The notes under the pieces: model-generated
Seen by the model: the letters and a program-made list of their open reading frames with translations, nothing else
Told to the model about the DNA's origin: nothing
Database searches by the model: none
NCBI RefSeq assembly: GCF_009914755.1
Contig: NC_060936.1
DNA: 64,000 nucleotides
Direction: 5' to 3' (one strand)
Origin: the human T2T-CHM13v2.0 reference genome, Homo sapiens
Shown here: positions 39,175-54,276 of the stretch, piece after piece
Position numbering within the stretch: position 1 is the first letter of the stretch
Layout: each line of letters begins with the position of its first letter
Program-made: the position numbers and the translations under genes

Positions 39175-40324
39175 AACTGAGGATGTCTGAGCTCGTCTGG
39201 AAGGAGACAGTGGAGCTGCCCAGGCCCAGGGCTGAGGATGGGCTGTGGCCAGGGTAGGTCCTCAGCTGAGCGAGGTGAGGAGCCCCTGAGTCTGGTATGT
39301 AACACAACTGTTGTGTTGTGTTGTTATGTTGTTGGTGTGCTGTGTCTCTGTCCACACTGGGCAGATGGTCCTGGGGACACTCCTGGAACTTCCTGGCTCC
39401 CGACATTCCCAGCCTCTGCTCTTGGGAACGGTCCAGGCTGGACCTGGTGTGGGACAGAAGCCAAGTCTGTGCCAGTCTTCAGCGGGACCACCCTTAGGGT
39501 GAGCACGTTCCCCTGGAGAGCCCTGTCTTTGTCTGTGGATTTCTGGGTGGGGCCGTGCCTGGCGCTAGGAGGTGAGCTGGGCCCAGGCCTGGGGGCAGCT
39601 CTGCGTCCCCACCACCTTCGTCCCACCCATGGGCTCCAGAGCTTCTCTCCTGCACCGATGGGTCAGCGGCCGCCACCTCGATTTCTACATCTCCTCTCCA
39701 GAGCCCAGTCCTTCAGCCTGCAGACGAGAAAAATCAATGCCCAAGTCTTGAAAGGGTTGAAGAGAAAGCCTATTGCGTGTCAGAACATGTTAAGTCTCCC
39801 TCCAAATGGAGCTGCAACAGGGCACAGTCCTGCCCGGGAAGGGCTCCTCCCACCCGCGGGGATGCTGTCTGACTCCAGCACTCATGTGGGGGGACCCACG
39901 CCCAGGGCTGGGACACACTGGGACCTGGGCTGACCCTCAGCACCTGAGGATATCTGAGCTCCTCTGGAAGGAGACGGCCGAGCTGCCCAGGCCCCAGCTC
40001 TGCCGAGGGCTGAGGATGGGCTGCAGCCGGGACAGGTGCTCAGCTGAGCAAGGCGGGGAGCCCCTGAGTCTGGAAACAGCCACTCAGCATCATTAAGGGT
40101 GTTGTGTCATCCTCAACGTAGATAATGACGATGGCACTGGCAGCTGCTTCCCTCCTTTCAGGCACTCTGGAAGCACCATTTCTAATCCCCTCCGCAGAGC
40201 CCACAGGCTGGGACTCTGAGACCGGTTCCTTCTTTATCAAACCTCTCCCATCCGCAGCGGGAGGCTGGGACGGCAGGTAGCGTCCTCCTTGTGGGGCTCA
40301 CATCGAGGATGGTGACTACGAAAC

Positions 40325-40465
40325 TGAGGTCACTGTGTGGCCAGCAGGAATCTTAGCAGACCCAGACACCTGAGTGTGAGCCTGGCTCTCCATCTCCCTC
40401 CCGACTACCCTGGGGATGCCACCCAGCCTTCTGTGCCTGTTTCCTGCTCTGCACAATGGGAATCA
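40325..40465 (+). mobile_element. MIR relic leading into the 36-bp VNTR
   Basis: cagacacctgagtgtgagcctggctct...ccttctgtgcctgtttcctgctctgcacaatggg parallels MIR ctctgtgcctcagtttcctcatctgtaaaatggg. Confidence 0.6.
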
Positions 40466-43005
40466 CGGCGTGTCCGTCTCCTGCTCTGCACAATGGGAAT
40501 CACGGCGTGTCCGTCTCCTGCTCTGTAGAATGGGAATCATGCGTGTCTGATTCCTGCTCTGTAGATTGAGAATCACGGCGTCTCTGTTTCCTGCTCTGTA
40601 GAAAATGGGAATCACGTGTGTCCGTTTCCTGCTCTATAGAATGGGAATCATGGCGTGTCTGTTTACTGCTCTGTACAATGGGAATCACGCGTGTCCGTTT
40701 CCTGCTCTATAGAATGGGAATCATGGCGTGTCTGTTTACTGCTCTGTACAATGGGAATCACGCGTGTCCGTTTCCTGCTCTGTAGAATGGGAATCATGGC
40801 GTGCCCGTTTCCTGCTCCGTAGAATGGGAATCACGTGTGTCTGTTTCCTGCTCTGTAGAATGGGAATCACAGTGTGTCTGTTTCCTGCTCTGTAGAATGG
40901 TAATCACACGTGCCCGTTCCCTGCTCTATAGAATGGGAATCACATGTGTCCGATTCCTGCTCTATAGAATGGGAATCACGGTGTGCCCCTTTCCTGCTCT
41001 GTAGAATGGGAATCACGTGTGCCCGTTTCCTGCTCTGTAGAATGGGAATCACATCTGTCCGTTTCCTGCTCTGTAGAATGAGAATCATGTGTGTCCGTTT
41101 CCTGCTCTGTAGAATGGGAATCATGTGTGTCCGTTTCCTGCTCTGTAGAATGGGAATCACGTGTGTCCGTTTCCTGCTCTGTAGAATGGGAATCATGCGT
41201 GTCTGTTTCCTGCTTTGTAGAATGGGAATCACGTGTGCCCGTTTCCTGCTCTGTAGAATGGGAATCACGTCTGTCCGTTTCCTGCTCTGTAGAATGGGAA
41301 TCATGCGTGTCTGTTTCCTGCTCTGTAGAATCAGAATCACGGCGTGTCTGTTTGCTGCTCTTCAGAATGGGAATCACCCATGTCCGTTTCCTGCTCTGTA
41401 GAATGTTAATCACATGTGTCCGTTTCCTGCTCTGTAGAATGAGAATCATGTGTGTCCGTTTCCTGCTCTGTAGAATGGGAATCATGTGTGTCCGTTTCCT
41501 GCTCTGTAGAATGGGAATCACAGCGTGTCCGTCTCCCGCTCTGTAGAGTGGGAATCATGGTGTATCCGTCTCCTGCTCTGTAGAATGTGAATCACACGTG
41601 TCCGTTTCCTGCTCTGTAGAATGAAAATCATGTGTGTCCGTTTCCTGCTCTGTAGAATGTGAATCACGCGTGTCCATTTCCTGCTCTGTAGAATGTGAAT
41701 CACGCGTGTCCGTTTCCTGCTCTGTAGAATGGGAATCACGTGTGTCCGTTTCCTGCTCTGTAGAATGGGAATCACGTGTGTCCGTTTCCTGCTCTGTAGA
41801 ATGGGAATCACGCGTGTCCGTTTCCTGCTCTGTAGAATGAAAATCATGCGTGTCTGTTTCCTGCTCTGTAGAATGGGAATCACGTGTGTCTGTTTCCTGC
41901 TCTGTAGAATGGGAATCACGTGTGTCCGTTTCCTGCTCTGTAGAATGGGAATCACATGTGTCCGTTTCCTGCTCTGTAGAATGTGAATCACGTGTGTCCG
42001 TTTCCTGCTCTGTAGAATGAAAATCATGCGTGTCTGTTTCCTGCTCTGTAGAATGGGAATCACGTGTGTCTGTTTCCTGCTCTGTAGAATGGGAATCACG
42101 TGTGTCCGTTTCCTGCTCTGTAGAATGGGAATCACGTGTGTCCGTTTCCTGCTCAGTAGAATGTGAATCACATGTGTCCGTTTTCTGCTCTGCGGATTGG
42201 GAATCACGGCGTGTCTGTTTCCTGCTCTGTAGAATGGGAATCACGCATGTCCGTTTCCTGCTCTGCAGAATGGGAATCACGCGTGTCCGTTTCCTGCTCT
42301 GCAGAATGGGAATCACGTGTGTCCGTTTCCTGCTCTGTAGAATGGGGATCACGCGTGTCCATTTCCTGCTCTGCAGAATGGGAATCACGCGTGTCCGTTT
42401 CCTGCTCTGTAGAATGGTAATTCACGCACATCTGTTTCCTGCGCTGCAGAATGGGAATCACCCGTGTCTGTTTCCTGCTCTGTAGAATGGTAATCACGCG
42501 CGTCCGTTTCCTGCTCTGCAGAATGGAAATCACACGTGTCTGTTTCCTGCTCTGTAGAATGGGAATCATGGCATGTCTTTCTCCTGCTCTGTAGAATGGG
42601 AATCACAGAATGCCCGTTTCCTGCTCTGTAGAATGGGAATCATGGCGTGTCCGTCACCTGCTCTGTAGAATGGGAATCATGGCGTGTCCGTTTCCTGCTC
42701 TGTAGAATGCGAATCACGTGTGTCCGTTTCCTGCTCTGCAGAATGGGAATCACGCGTGTCCGTTTCCTGTTCTGCAGAATGGGAATCACGCGTGTCCGTT
42801 TCCTGCTCTGTAGAATGGGAATCACGTGTGTCCATTTCCTGCTCTGTAGAATGGGAATCACGTGTGTCCATTTCCTGCTCTGTAGAATGGGAATCACATG
42901 TGTCCGTTTACTGCTCTGTAGAATGAGAATCACGCCCGTCTGTTTCCTGCTCTGTAGAATGGGAATCACGCGTGCGTGTTTCCTGCTCTATAGAATGGGA
43001 ATCAC
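40432..43005. repeat. Minisatellite/VNTR, 36-37-bp unit, ~70 copies
   Basis: Unit gtttcctgctctgtagaatgggaatcacgtgtgtcc; 12-aa periodic ORFs on both strands. Confidence 0.98.
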
Positions 43006-43920
43006 CACGTCATGACTTGGGTGTGTCTTTCACTCGAGTCTGGCACATATGCATCTGATGGTCAGCGGATCCCTGCACGCCCAAAGGCCCTGCAGTCGGG
43101 CTGCAAGGATCTTGAAATCCTTAATAACCTTATGTTTGAATTTGAACTTTGTGAGCGAAGTCCAGTGGAGCATGCCCTGGGGGCTCAGAGCCTCAGCTCT
43201 CTCGACTGCCCCTCCTCACCTCCCCATCTCCCAGGCTGCCCATCTCCTACCCTTGGACACTAGAGCCCTGGGGCTCCAGCCCTGCCCAGCCTCCCCTCCT
43301 GCGCTGTGACTGCTGCCACCCTCCCCCTATGCAGTGCCCAGGCCATGCCCACCCTCCATCCCTGGCAGGGGTCTGGGTCAGACACCAGGAGGGTTGGAGT
43401 TGTCATGTGCCATGTGGCAGCAGAGGGTCCATCTGCGCCCCACACTGGTAGGCTGGTGCTGGTCCCTGCATCTCTCCTGAGGACACCTGCCATGTATTCC
43501 CGCCTATTAAGTGCCCCCCACTGGGCTAGGTCTCCTGTTGCCTTGTCCCATTTCATACTCACCCTCCAGGGGCACAGATGCATCTGCATGACACCAGGGA
43601 CACCTGGGGCTCAATCCCAGGTTTCCCAGACTCTAAAGCCCATGCATCAACCTGCACCAGACGCTGCCTCTGAGTCCAGGAGGGTCGAGGGACGAGGACT
43701 CCAGACCTCGAGGCTCTAGCAATCCGGGGGACCCCACGGAGCTGTGTCAGTTGCCCCAGACCCCTCTCATGGTCCTGTTGCCCCAGGCCTCAGGAGGGAA
43801 CAGGCACCACAGAAACACTGCTGACACCGGGGGTGTGTCCCCTGACTGCCCCTGGAGAGGGACCGGCTGGGATTAACACCTGGACTGCGCAGGGAAACAT
43901 CTCCTCGCAGGAAATCTCCA

Positions 43921-45543
43921 TGCTACGGTTTGAATGTTTGTCCCCTCTGAAACTCATGTGAAAATGTACTTGCCATCCTCTTGGTGTTAAGAGGTGGAGC
44001 CTTTAAGAGGTGATTAGGTCCTGGGGCTGCACCCTCACAAAGGAATTGATGTCGTTCTTGTGGGAGTGGGTTACTTATGATGGAGTAGGTTAGTTATGGT
44101 GGGAGTGGGTTAGTTATGGTGGGAGCGGGTTAGTTATGATGGTAGTGGGTTAGTTATGGTAGGAGTGGGTTAATTATGATGAGAGTGGGTTAGCTATTAT
44201 GGGAGTGGGTTAGTTATGGTGAGAGTGAGTTTGTTATGGTGGGAGTGGGTTAGTTATGGTGAGAGTGAGTTAGTTATGATGGGAGTGGGTGAGTTATGCT
44301 AGGAGTGGGTTAGTTACGGTGGGAGTGGGTTAGTTATGATGGCAGTGAGTTAGTTATGATGGCAGTGAATTAGTTATAGTGACAGTGGATTAGTTATGGT
44401 GGGAGTGGGTTAGTTATGATGGAAGTGGGTTAGTTATGAGAGTGGGTTAGTTATGGTGAGAGTGGGTTAGTTATGATGGGAGTGGGTTAGTTATGATGGA
44501 GTGGGTTAGTTATGATGGAGTGGGTTAGTTATGATGGAGTGGGTTAGTTATGGTGGGAGTGGGTTAGTTATGATGGCAGTGAGTTAGTTATAGTGGGAGT
44601 GGGTTAGTTATGGTGAGAGTGGATTAGTTATGGTGAGAGTGGGTTATGGTGGGAGTGGGTTAGTTATGATGGAGTGGTTAGTTATGATGGAGTGGGTTAG
44701 TTATGGTGGGAGTGGGTTAGTTATGGTGAGAGTGGATTAGTTATGGTGAAAGTGGGTTATAGTGGGAGTGGGTTAGTTATGATGGAGTGGGTTAGTTATG
44801 ATGGGAGTGGGCTAGTTATGATGGAGTGAGTTAGTATGGTGGGAGTCGGTTATGATGGGAGTGGGCGAATTATGGTGAGAGTGGGTTAGTTATGATGGGA
44901 GTGGGTTAGTTATGGTGAGAGTGGGTTTGTTATGGTAGGAATCGGTTAGTTATGGTGATAGTGGGTAAGTTATGGTGATAGTGGATAAGTTATGGTGAGA
45001 GTAAGTTAGTTATGATGGGAGTGGGTTAGTTATTGTGGGAGTGGGTTAGTTATGGTGGGATTGGGTGAGTTATGGTGGGAGTGGGTTAGTTATGGTAGGA
45101 GTGGGTTAGTTATGATGGGAGTGGATTAGGTATAATGGGAGTGGGTTAGTTATAGTAAGAGTGGGTTAGTTATAGTGGGATTGGGTGAGTTATGGTGGGA
45201 GAGGGTTAGTTATGGTGGGATTGGGTGAGTTATGATGGAAGTGGGTGAGTTATGATGGGAGTGGGTGAGTTATGGTAGGAATGGGTGAGTCATGGTGACA
45301 GTGGGTTAGTTATGGTGGGAGTGGGTTGTTATGAATTGAGCCCAGCCCCTCGTGCTGTCTCTTCTCTCTGCAATCACTCACCCTCTCGTTTTCCACCCTT
45401 CCACCACAGGATGACCACACCAGAGGCCAGTGTCATGCACGTGGAGTTCCCAGCCTCCAGAAACATAAGCAGAAGAAATGTCTCGTCTTTACAAATTACC
45501 GTCTGTGATATTCTGTTATAGCAGCAGAGAACAGCCTAAGACA
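43921..45543 (+). mobile_element. MaLR solo LTR (MST family) expanded by an internal VNTR
   Basis: TG start tgctacggtttgaatgtttgtcccc, CA end ttatagcagcagagaacagcctaagaca; 5-bp TSD ctcca at 43916-43920 and 45544-45548. Confidence 0.9.
44060..45328. repeat. Minisatellite/VNTR, ~20-bp unit, ~64 copies
   Basis: Unit gggagtgggttagttatggt with variants; almost no C on the + strand. Confidence 0.97.
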
Positions 45544-46269
45544 CTCCATTTCTACTAACGGGCATTTGATGCAACGGTCATCCTGAAAATTCATGGAGAA
45601 AGTCTGCTCCAAAACCAATTTTCTGCTCCATAACATCTGCCTTTGGAGAATCTCATATAAATAAGGAATGAGGTGCAGATGTAGAAAGACAGTGGGTTCT
45701 GACAGCATCATTCTAAATGGAGAGGGGTGATAAACGCCCAGTAGAATTCAAATAAAATATGAACTTCAGAGAAAGGAAAAAAGTGATGTGACTCTGCACC
45801 CTCAGCTGAACATGGTAGAAATTATCCTGTAGAGAAACAGAACAGGGATAAAAAAAGTCACCTTCCTTAATTTGCATGTATATTATAATTCATTTCCAGA
45901 CATGAAAGTAAGACTGAGATTTCAGCTGCTGAATTATACATCTTGATTCTTGCATACAGAGGACTCAAAACATTTCCCCCAAAGGCCTAAATAATGATGT
46001 TCAGCCTTATTTTTCCTTCTACACACCTCACACACAAACAAGGATGGGCCATCCTTTCTGGAACTCTATCCCCAGGACATGTGGTGAATGTCACAGATAA
46101 AGAACCAGGCTGAATAGCCAAAGGCGTCCAAAAGCGCAGGCTTGTGACTTGATTGTGCAGCCGTTGGGAAGGACAGAGCCAGGATGGCCGACAGCACCGT
46201 TCCCTCTGGGCAGCACCACCAGCAGGGACCACTGTCACCATCTTCACTGGAGACAGAGATCGAGGCTCT

Positions 46270-46855
46270 GCATGGCGACTCCAAGGAGCACAGAATGGAA
46301 AAAGGAGAAGTCACTTTACAGTGGAGAAACCTGGCAACCAGGCTCAGCCAGGAATCAAGGTCAACGTCAGCCATGATGTCCGATGCATAACAGGGGCCCT
46401 CAATATGCCGTGAGAGACAGCCACCTTACCTCTGTACACCCCAGGCTAATCAGGAGCAAAGCACTGGACAAATCCCAACAAAGCGACCATGCACGGAACA
46501 CCTGGCCAGTCCTCCTCACAACTGTCAAGGTCAATAAAGCAAGGAAAGCCTGGGAAACGGTCACAGCCAAGAGCAACCCAAGGAGACACGATGACTGAAT
46601 GTCACCTGGGATCCCGGGTGGGAGCCTGGGAGAGTAAAAGGCCGTTGGAGCAACGAATAAAGTGTGACTGAAGCGTGGACATGGGTTAAGAGTGATGCAT
46701 CCGTGCGAACTCATTAACTGTGACGAATGTACCGTGGTAATGAAAGAGGTTAGTGACAGGGAAACGGGACAGGAGCTGGGAGGACTCTGTACAGTCTTCA
46801 CACCTTCTCAGAAAACCTAAAGCCATGCTAAACTGGAAAAGTTTATTTTAAAACA
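46270..46855 (+). mobile_element. L1MC/L1MD-type 3' UTR
   Basis: actttacagtggagaaacctggcaa...aactgtcaaggtca...ggaactctgtac-like end. Confidence 0.65.
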
Positions 46856-47239
46856 TAGGAAACGGTGGGTGTTGAGGTTGCAGAATCAGAGATGAAGAGC
46901 TGTAACCCTAAAACTTTATTTCCCAGCTGAAATTGGATGTTTTACAAAAGAGGACGCTGGGGCTGGTACGGCTGGCCTTTTCCCACCCTGGCCAAAGTGC
47001 TTTCACCCCAGGACAACGTCTGTGTGCACTGAGCTCTAGGGTCTTTTTGGTGTTTTAGTTTTTTGCTTTTATGTCCCCAAAATAAGACATGTCTGTGGTT
47101 TAAAAGTGTAGAGTATAAAATACACAGTGGGGAGGAAAAGAAGTTTCTTCTTTGTTATTTTGGCCACAATGTCTCTGTGTTAGCCCTCAAAGGCAGCCGT
47201 GGTCACCTGCTCTAAAAGGTCTTTCCAAAGATAGTCTCT

Positions 47240-47405
47240 GCTGGGCAGGGTGGCGTGTGCCTGTAATCCCTGCGTCTTGGAAGGCCAAGGTAGGAGGATC
47301 GCTTGAGCCCAGGAGGTCAAGGCTGCAGTGAGTCATGATCGTACCACTGCACTCCAGCCTGGGAGACAGAGCTAGACTCTGTCTCAAAAAATAAAAATAA
47401 AAAAC
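47240..47405 (+). mobile_element. Free Alu monomer (FRAM/FAM-like) with its own TSD
   Basis: Single right-arm-type monomer with A tail; caaagatagtc on both sides. Confidence 0.85.
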
Positions 47406-49519
47406 TCAAAGATAGTCCATACAGGAACAAGTGCACACACATGCAAACATACAGACATGCATATGCACATATATGCACACACACACACATGCACACATAC
47501 AGAAAAATGGTAGCACACTTTTTTATATAGCATGATTCTTCCAAGTTGGGACCTTACAGAACCCTCATTATTTTTAATGGCTTCAGCCTGTGCTACTGTA
47601 TAGGGGCCTCATAATTTATTTAAGCTATTCGCTATCAACAGACATTTATCTTAGTCTTTTGTTACAAATCACACTGTAATGAATATCTTTGTTCAGACAT
47701 CCTTGCCCACATTACAGCATTATTTTTAATGTCTGTTTGATATGCGATGAGAATGATGTACAATAACTCATATAATGCATCCTCTATTTTAAACGTCTAG
47801 ATTGTCTCCAATGTTTTCCACCATTACAAACAATGCTGTTACAATATAAATCTTCACACACACCTCTGATTGCTTTTCTTGGATGAATTTCTGGAAGGAA
47901 GTGCTGGGTGAAAACATTTTCACTTTAACTTTAAGGTTGCTTCCAGCCCTTTTATAAGGGCTGAGTCTGGGCTGTTCGCATGGTGGGGTAGGGGGGCGCC
48001 CAAGAATGGGCAGGAGAAGAGTCCTGCGAAAAGAGGGGAAAAGAGGGGAACGCCAAGCCTCCTCTCCGGGGTTGGAGAGGGGAGGGGAGGGCAGGTGCCT
48101 GGGACCCTCCTGGTTGTCCTCTCACAGCCTAGCTAGGCCCCGTTTGGGGTCATTTCCCTCACTTTTCAGGGTGATGCTGGACTCCAGGATTCCTAGAGCT
48201 TTGGCTGTTGTCAAGGAAGAAATGTCCGCAGAGGCTTCTCTAAAGAGAGTCCCCATACGCCTGGGAGGTGCAGTGACGCATCTGACCCCGCTGAGGAGGG
48301 AGAACCAACTTGTGTCACTAAAGGCCTGAGGTGAGTTGGACCCAAGACTCGCAGCTCAGGCCCTTGTGAGTCTCCTCCAGCTCAGGTGCATGGGAAGCAG
48401 CACCGCCTTCACGATTCCACCAACGGCTTTCATCTCCACCTGCCCCCGTGAAACACACCGGATATCAGCTCCCCCAGGCACAGCAGCTGAATCCCAGGGT
48501 CTATGACGTGCTGCGGAGGCGGGGAGGGGGACAGGAGGCCACCAGATCCCTGACGTCACCTGCCCATCCAGGACAGGAAAGGACATCATCGTGCAAGGAG
48601 CCTCCGTGGGGTGTGCTGGAGTTGGCCCGTGAGCTTGCAGAGCCGGTCATTAGAGCTCCGGGAATGCACGAGCCGGGCGTTCAATGCTGCCATTATCAGA
48701 ATTGCATCAGATAAACTTACCATGAAGTAAATTCTATTAAAGCAACAGGAATAGTTGCAAGCCCTCAGCTCCCGGTTATTTTACTACTGTTGCAGTTAGC
48801 TGTTGAGTCTGTGGTAGCAACGCCATGTGGTAGAGACCACCAGCATCTCCCCCAGCTCCACGCTCAGTGGCGTCAGATTGCAGTGGGAGGTCAGCCCCGG
48901 GCAGTGTTTACACCACAGAAATTGGCAAATGCCACACATGCAGGCTGCTTTCTTTAGTTTACCTGAAGAGCTGGCTGTTACACGCCTGCCCATGTCCACC
49001 GAGCCTCCATCGTCCATTGGGGTGGGGGCTCTGCGAGGTCACCTCTGCCCCTCTCCCCGGGGTTCTTTCCCTCCGGAGGATCACTTGGCCTCCCTCTGCC
49101 ACTCTTGGGGCACAGAATGACTCTCACTTGAGCCTGGGGGGCTCAGCCAGGCGCTCTCTGCCTGCACACTCAGCCTCCAGCTCGTTCTGGGTCTCGCTCC
49201 CTCCCTGGCCCTCCCCAGGGGTGAGTCCAGGTCCTCGCTGCTCTGACGCCCCTTGAGCCTCATGGAATATCCCCTCCCTCCTGCCTCCTGCTGGGCTCAC
49301 ACCAGGCAGCCAATGCAGCCCCCCCTCATGTGTCTTCCAGGGGCCTCTCACTCTGCAATACCATGCCCCCCACCACGCACACCTCCACACTTGGAGAATC
49401 TCCTGGGTCCCAGCTGCCTGCGCTGTTGGTAGAAGTGTGGCTGCTGGGGGGTGGTGCTCAGAGGAGCAGGAAGCAAACTGGAGGCCACCAGTCCTCTGTC
49501 GTTCTGCAGCGGGCAGGTG

Positions 49520-49911
49520 TGTGCAAGTCAACCCCAGAGTCCGAGGAAGCTGAGAGGCTGAAGAAAGAGGCCGACATGTTCAGTTCCTTAAAAAGAAACA
49601 TCTAATAGTGACTTACAAACAGAAGCCAGCTCTGTGTCTCAGACGACAGCGAGATGAGATGGTAGATCCCTGCCCCATCACTCCCAGACCCAGGGCTCAT
49701 GGACCATAGGGAGGGGTGACTCAGAAGGGACAACTGAGGGATGGTAACCTTAAGACTGTTTGATCCAGTGGCAGGATTTAGAGTAAGTGCCTGCTGTCAC
49801 ACAAGAAACAATCAATAAACTGGGAATGTTAGAGGCCTTCTCAGAACAGGGGTTAATCAGAAGCCAACATGGCGGACTCATGTCCAACATGGAGTTGCTT
49901 TGGCCTCCACA
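49520..49911 (-). mobile_element. ERV1 solo LTR (MER49-like)
   Basis: gaggaagctgagaggctgaagaaagaggc...gacttacaaacagaagcc...atggagttgctttggcctccaca; subfamily from memory. Confidence 0.5.
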
Positions 49912-50557
49912 GTCCTCCAGTCTCACTGCCTCCCCCTATGACCCCCAAGGTAGGGTCCAAGAGGGGTTTGCAGAGACCATGTCCCAGGGTCACAGGCCAC
50001 AGAAGACAGTCCCCAGCTGAGACACCACAGCCCAAAAACACACACGCCTACCTTATGGTCCTGCATCCCCGGGAGAGACCAGGGGCCCACTGACCTGCCC
50101 GCCCTGCAGCAGACACACCCCTTTGAGGCTTCTGATCCCAGGACTGGGAAGTGAGGAGAGGGCACCCGCTGAAACCCTTTGACAATGACAGTAGGTGAGG
50201 CAGAACAGGACAGAGCAGGACAGAAAGGATCCTGTAAAAAGGCCGTGCACACAAGGGGGCCCGTGCACAGAGGCTGCACACGGGCTGCAAGGAGAGGCTG
50301 TACAATGGAAGCTGCACAGAGAGGCTGCACACAAAGACTTCTCACAGAAGCTGCATACAGAGGCTGCATACAGAGGCTTTACACAGAAGCTGCACACAGC
50401 TGCCTGTGCCTGGGGAAAGCCAGTGAAGCCTCCACTGTGAGGGTGAGTGGAATAGTCCCTTCCCCATGGAAGTCATTCCTACAAAGAGTGCCTGCTCCCT
50501 GCACGCAGACTGGACCATCGGAGGGGGCTGTGGGGCTTTTCCTGGTCTAAGTGCTGA

Positions 50558-51000
<443 letters not shown>

Positions 51001-51843
51001 TCCAACTTTTTTCTTAATGGGGGATTTCACATAAAAATCCATACTCTGAGCTTCTCATCAGGCATCCCCAGCTCGTGCTCCTGCAGGGTGCGACCGGTGC
51101 ACCCACCCTGACTCTCACCACCTCCACCTCTGCAGCATCCTCACATACAGGCCTGGCCCCTGGCGGCACCTGAGCTTAACACTTCTCGTGTAGGGAAAAC
51201 ACTGCGCTGGGACTCTTGAAGAATCGGGCTGTCTTCACATGTAAACACTTTGAGGTTCAGAAAAGCGGAGGTTGGATGCAGAGCAGGTCAGTGAATCGGG
51301 AACTTGGTTGCCAAGACCGCCTGTTCCTTGTGGAAGGAAATCATGACGGAGTTGGGTTTGATGTCTTAGGGAAAGAAAACCCTTTCCCACTTCGTTTCTG
51401 CCTCTGACATGGAAAAGCACCTCGGGTGTGGGAAAGGATGTCCCTGAGTAACAAGGGCAGTTAGATGCCACCTTTCCAACATGGTTCTTTCATGTTTGTT
51501 CAACCCCCCCACACAGATGTAACTTGGCAACAGCAGTAAATACTGCATGGCCTCACACCAATTCTACAAGTCACCAGGGTGTCCACACACACGTAAGTGA
51601 TTACACGTGTGCCTAAGTTAAATCCCCCCCTCAACAGAGACGCCGAATGCTTTTGCAATGGTGTAGGCCACAGAGCTAGCACTAAACACGTTGGCTCACT
51701 TGTCCCGTGGTCACCACTCCCTGCCCCTGGTGTCCCTCCCTGGCCCCTTCCCTGGTCCTGGTTTCCAATCTTGACACTCACCTCTTCCTCCATCCTTTCT
51801 CATTTCACTAGCCTAAAGGTGACAACGTTGGCCACGCTGATTA

Positions 51844-52393
<550 letters not shown>

Positions 52394-52510
52394 CTATTTA
52401 CAACTGCCCTAAAGTAAAATTACTCAAATGCCCACAGACTACTAAATAGACGATGGTACTATCATAATGGGCCATTATTCAGCAGTGAGAATGAACAAAC
52501 TAGAAATAAC

Positions 52511-53335
<825 letters not shown>

Positions 53336-53543
53336 ATACCATGATTTGGGAAAATCTCACAAACATAAGTAAAAGACAACAGATTTAGAAGCATGCATAC
53401 TATATAATTCCATTTACATAAAATATAAAAACAGGCAAAACCAACTTACCATGATAAAAGTCAGGGTAATAGTTACCTTTAAGAAAAAAATCAGCATATC
53501 AGGTAATCAGCATATCGTGTAATCAGCATATCAGGACATATGA

Positions 53544-53875
<332 letters not shown>

Positions 53876-54276
53876 TAAATGGGTAAAAGATTTTAATAGA
53901 CACTTCGCCACAGAATATATCTGGATGGCTAATGACCATAGGGCAAGATCCTCAACATCATCAGTCATTAGAGAAATACAAACTCAAACCACAGTGAGAC
54001 ACACAGTCACTGGAATGGCTGTACACAAAAGGACTGCCCACACCAAGTGGTGGTGGGGATGTAACATGTAGCAGCCACCTGGAAAACAGTTTGGCAGTGC
54101 CTCAGAAGCTTCAGCATGGAGTTGCCATACACACTAATTTCCTATTGCTGCTGTAACCGTTGAAAACGACACAGCTTTACTTCCTTCCCATTCTGAAGGT
54201 CAGAAGTCCACAGTGAGTCTTCGAGGAGTTGAAACCCAGGCGCTGGCAGGACTGGTTCCGTCTAGAAGCTCTAGGG

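Noticed and set aside
40432-43005. CRISPR-like array (36-bp repeats)
   Set aside because: Units are contiguous with no unique spacers, there are no cas genes, and the context is primate DNA.
40500-43015. Long periodic ORFs (RDSHSTEQETDT / VIPILQSRKRTH)
   Set aside because: A consequence of a 36-bp unit; frames are broken repeatedly by 37-bp units.
44060-45328. Interstitial telomeric repeat
   Set aside because: No tandem TTAGGG; the unit is 20 bp and lies inside an MST LTR.
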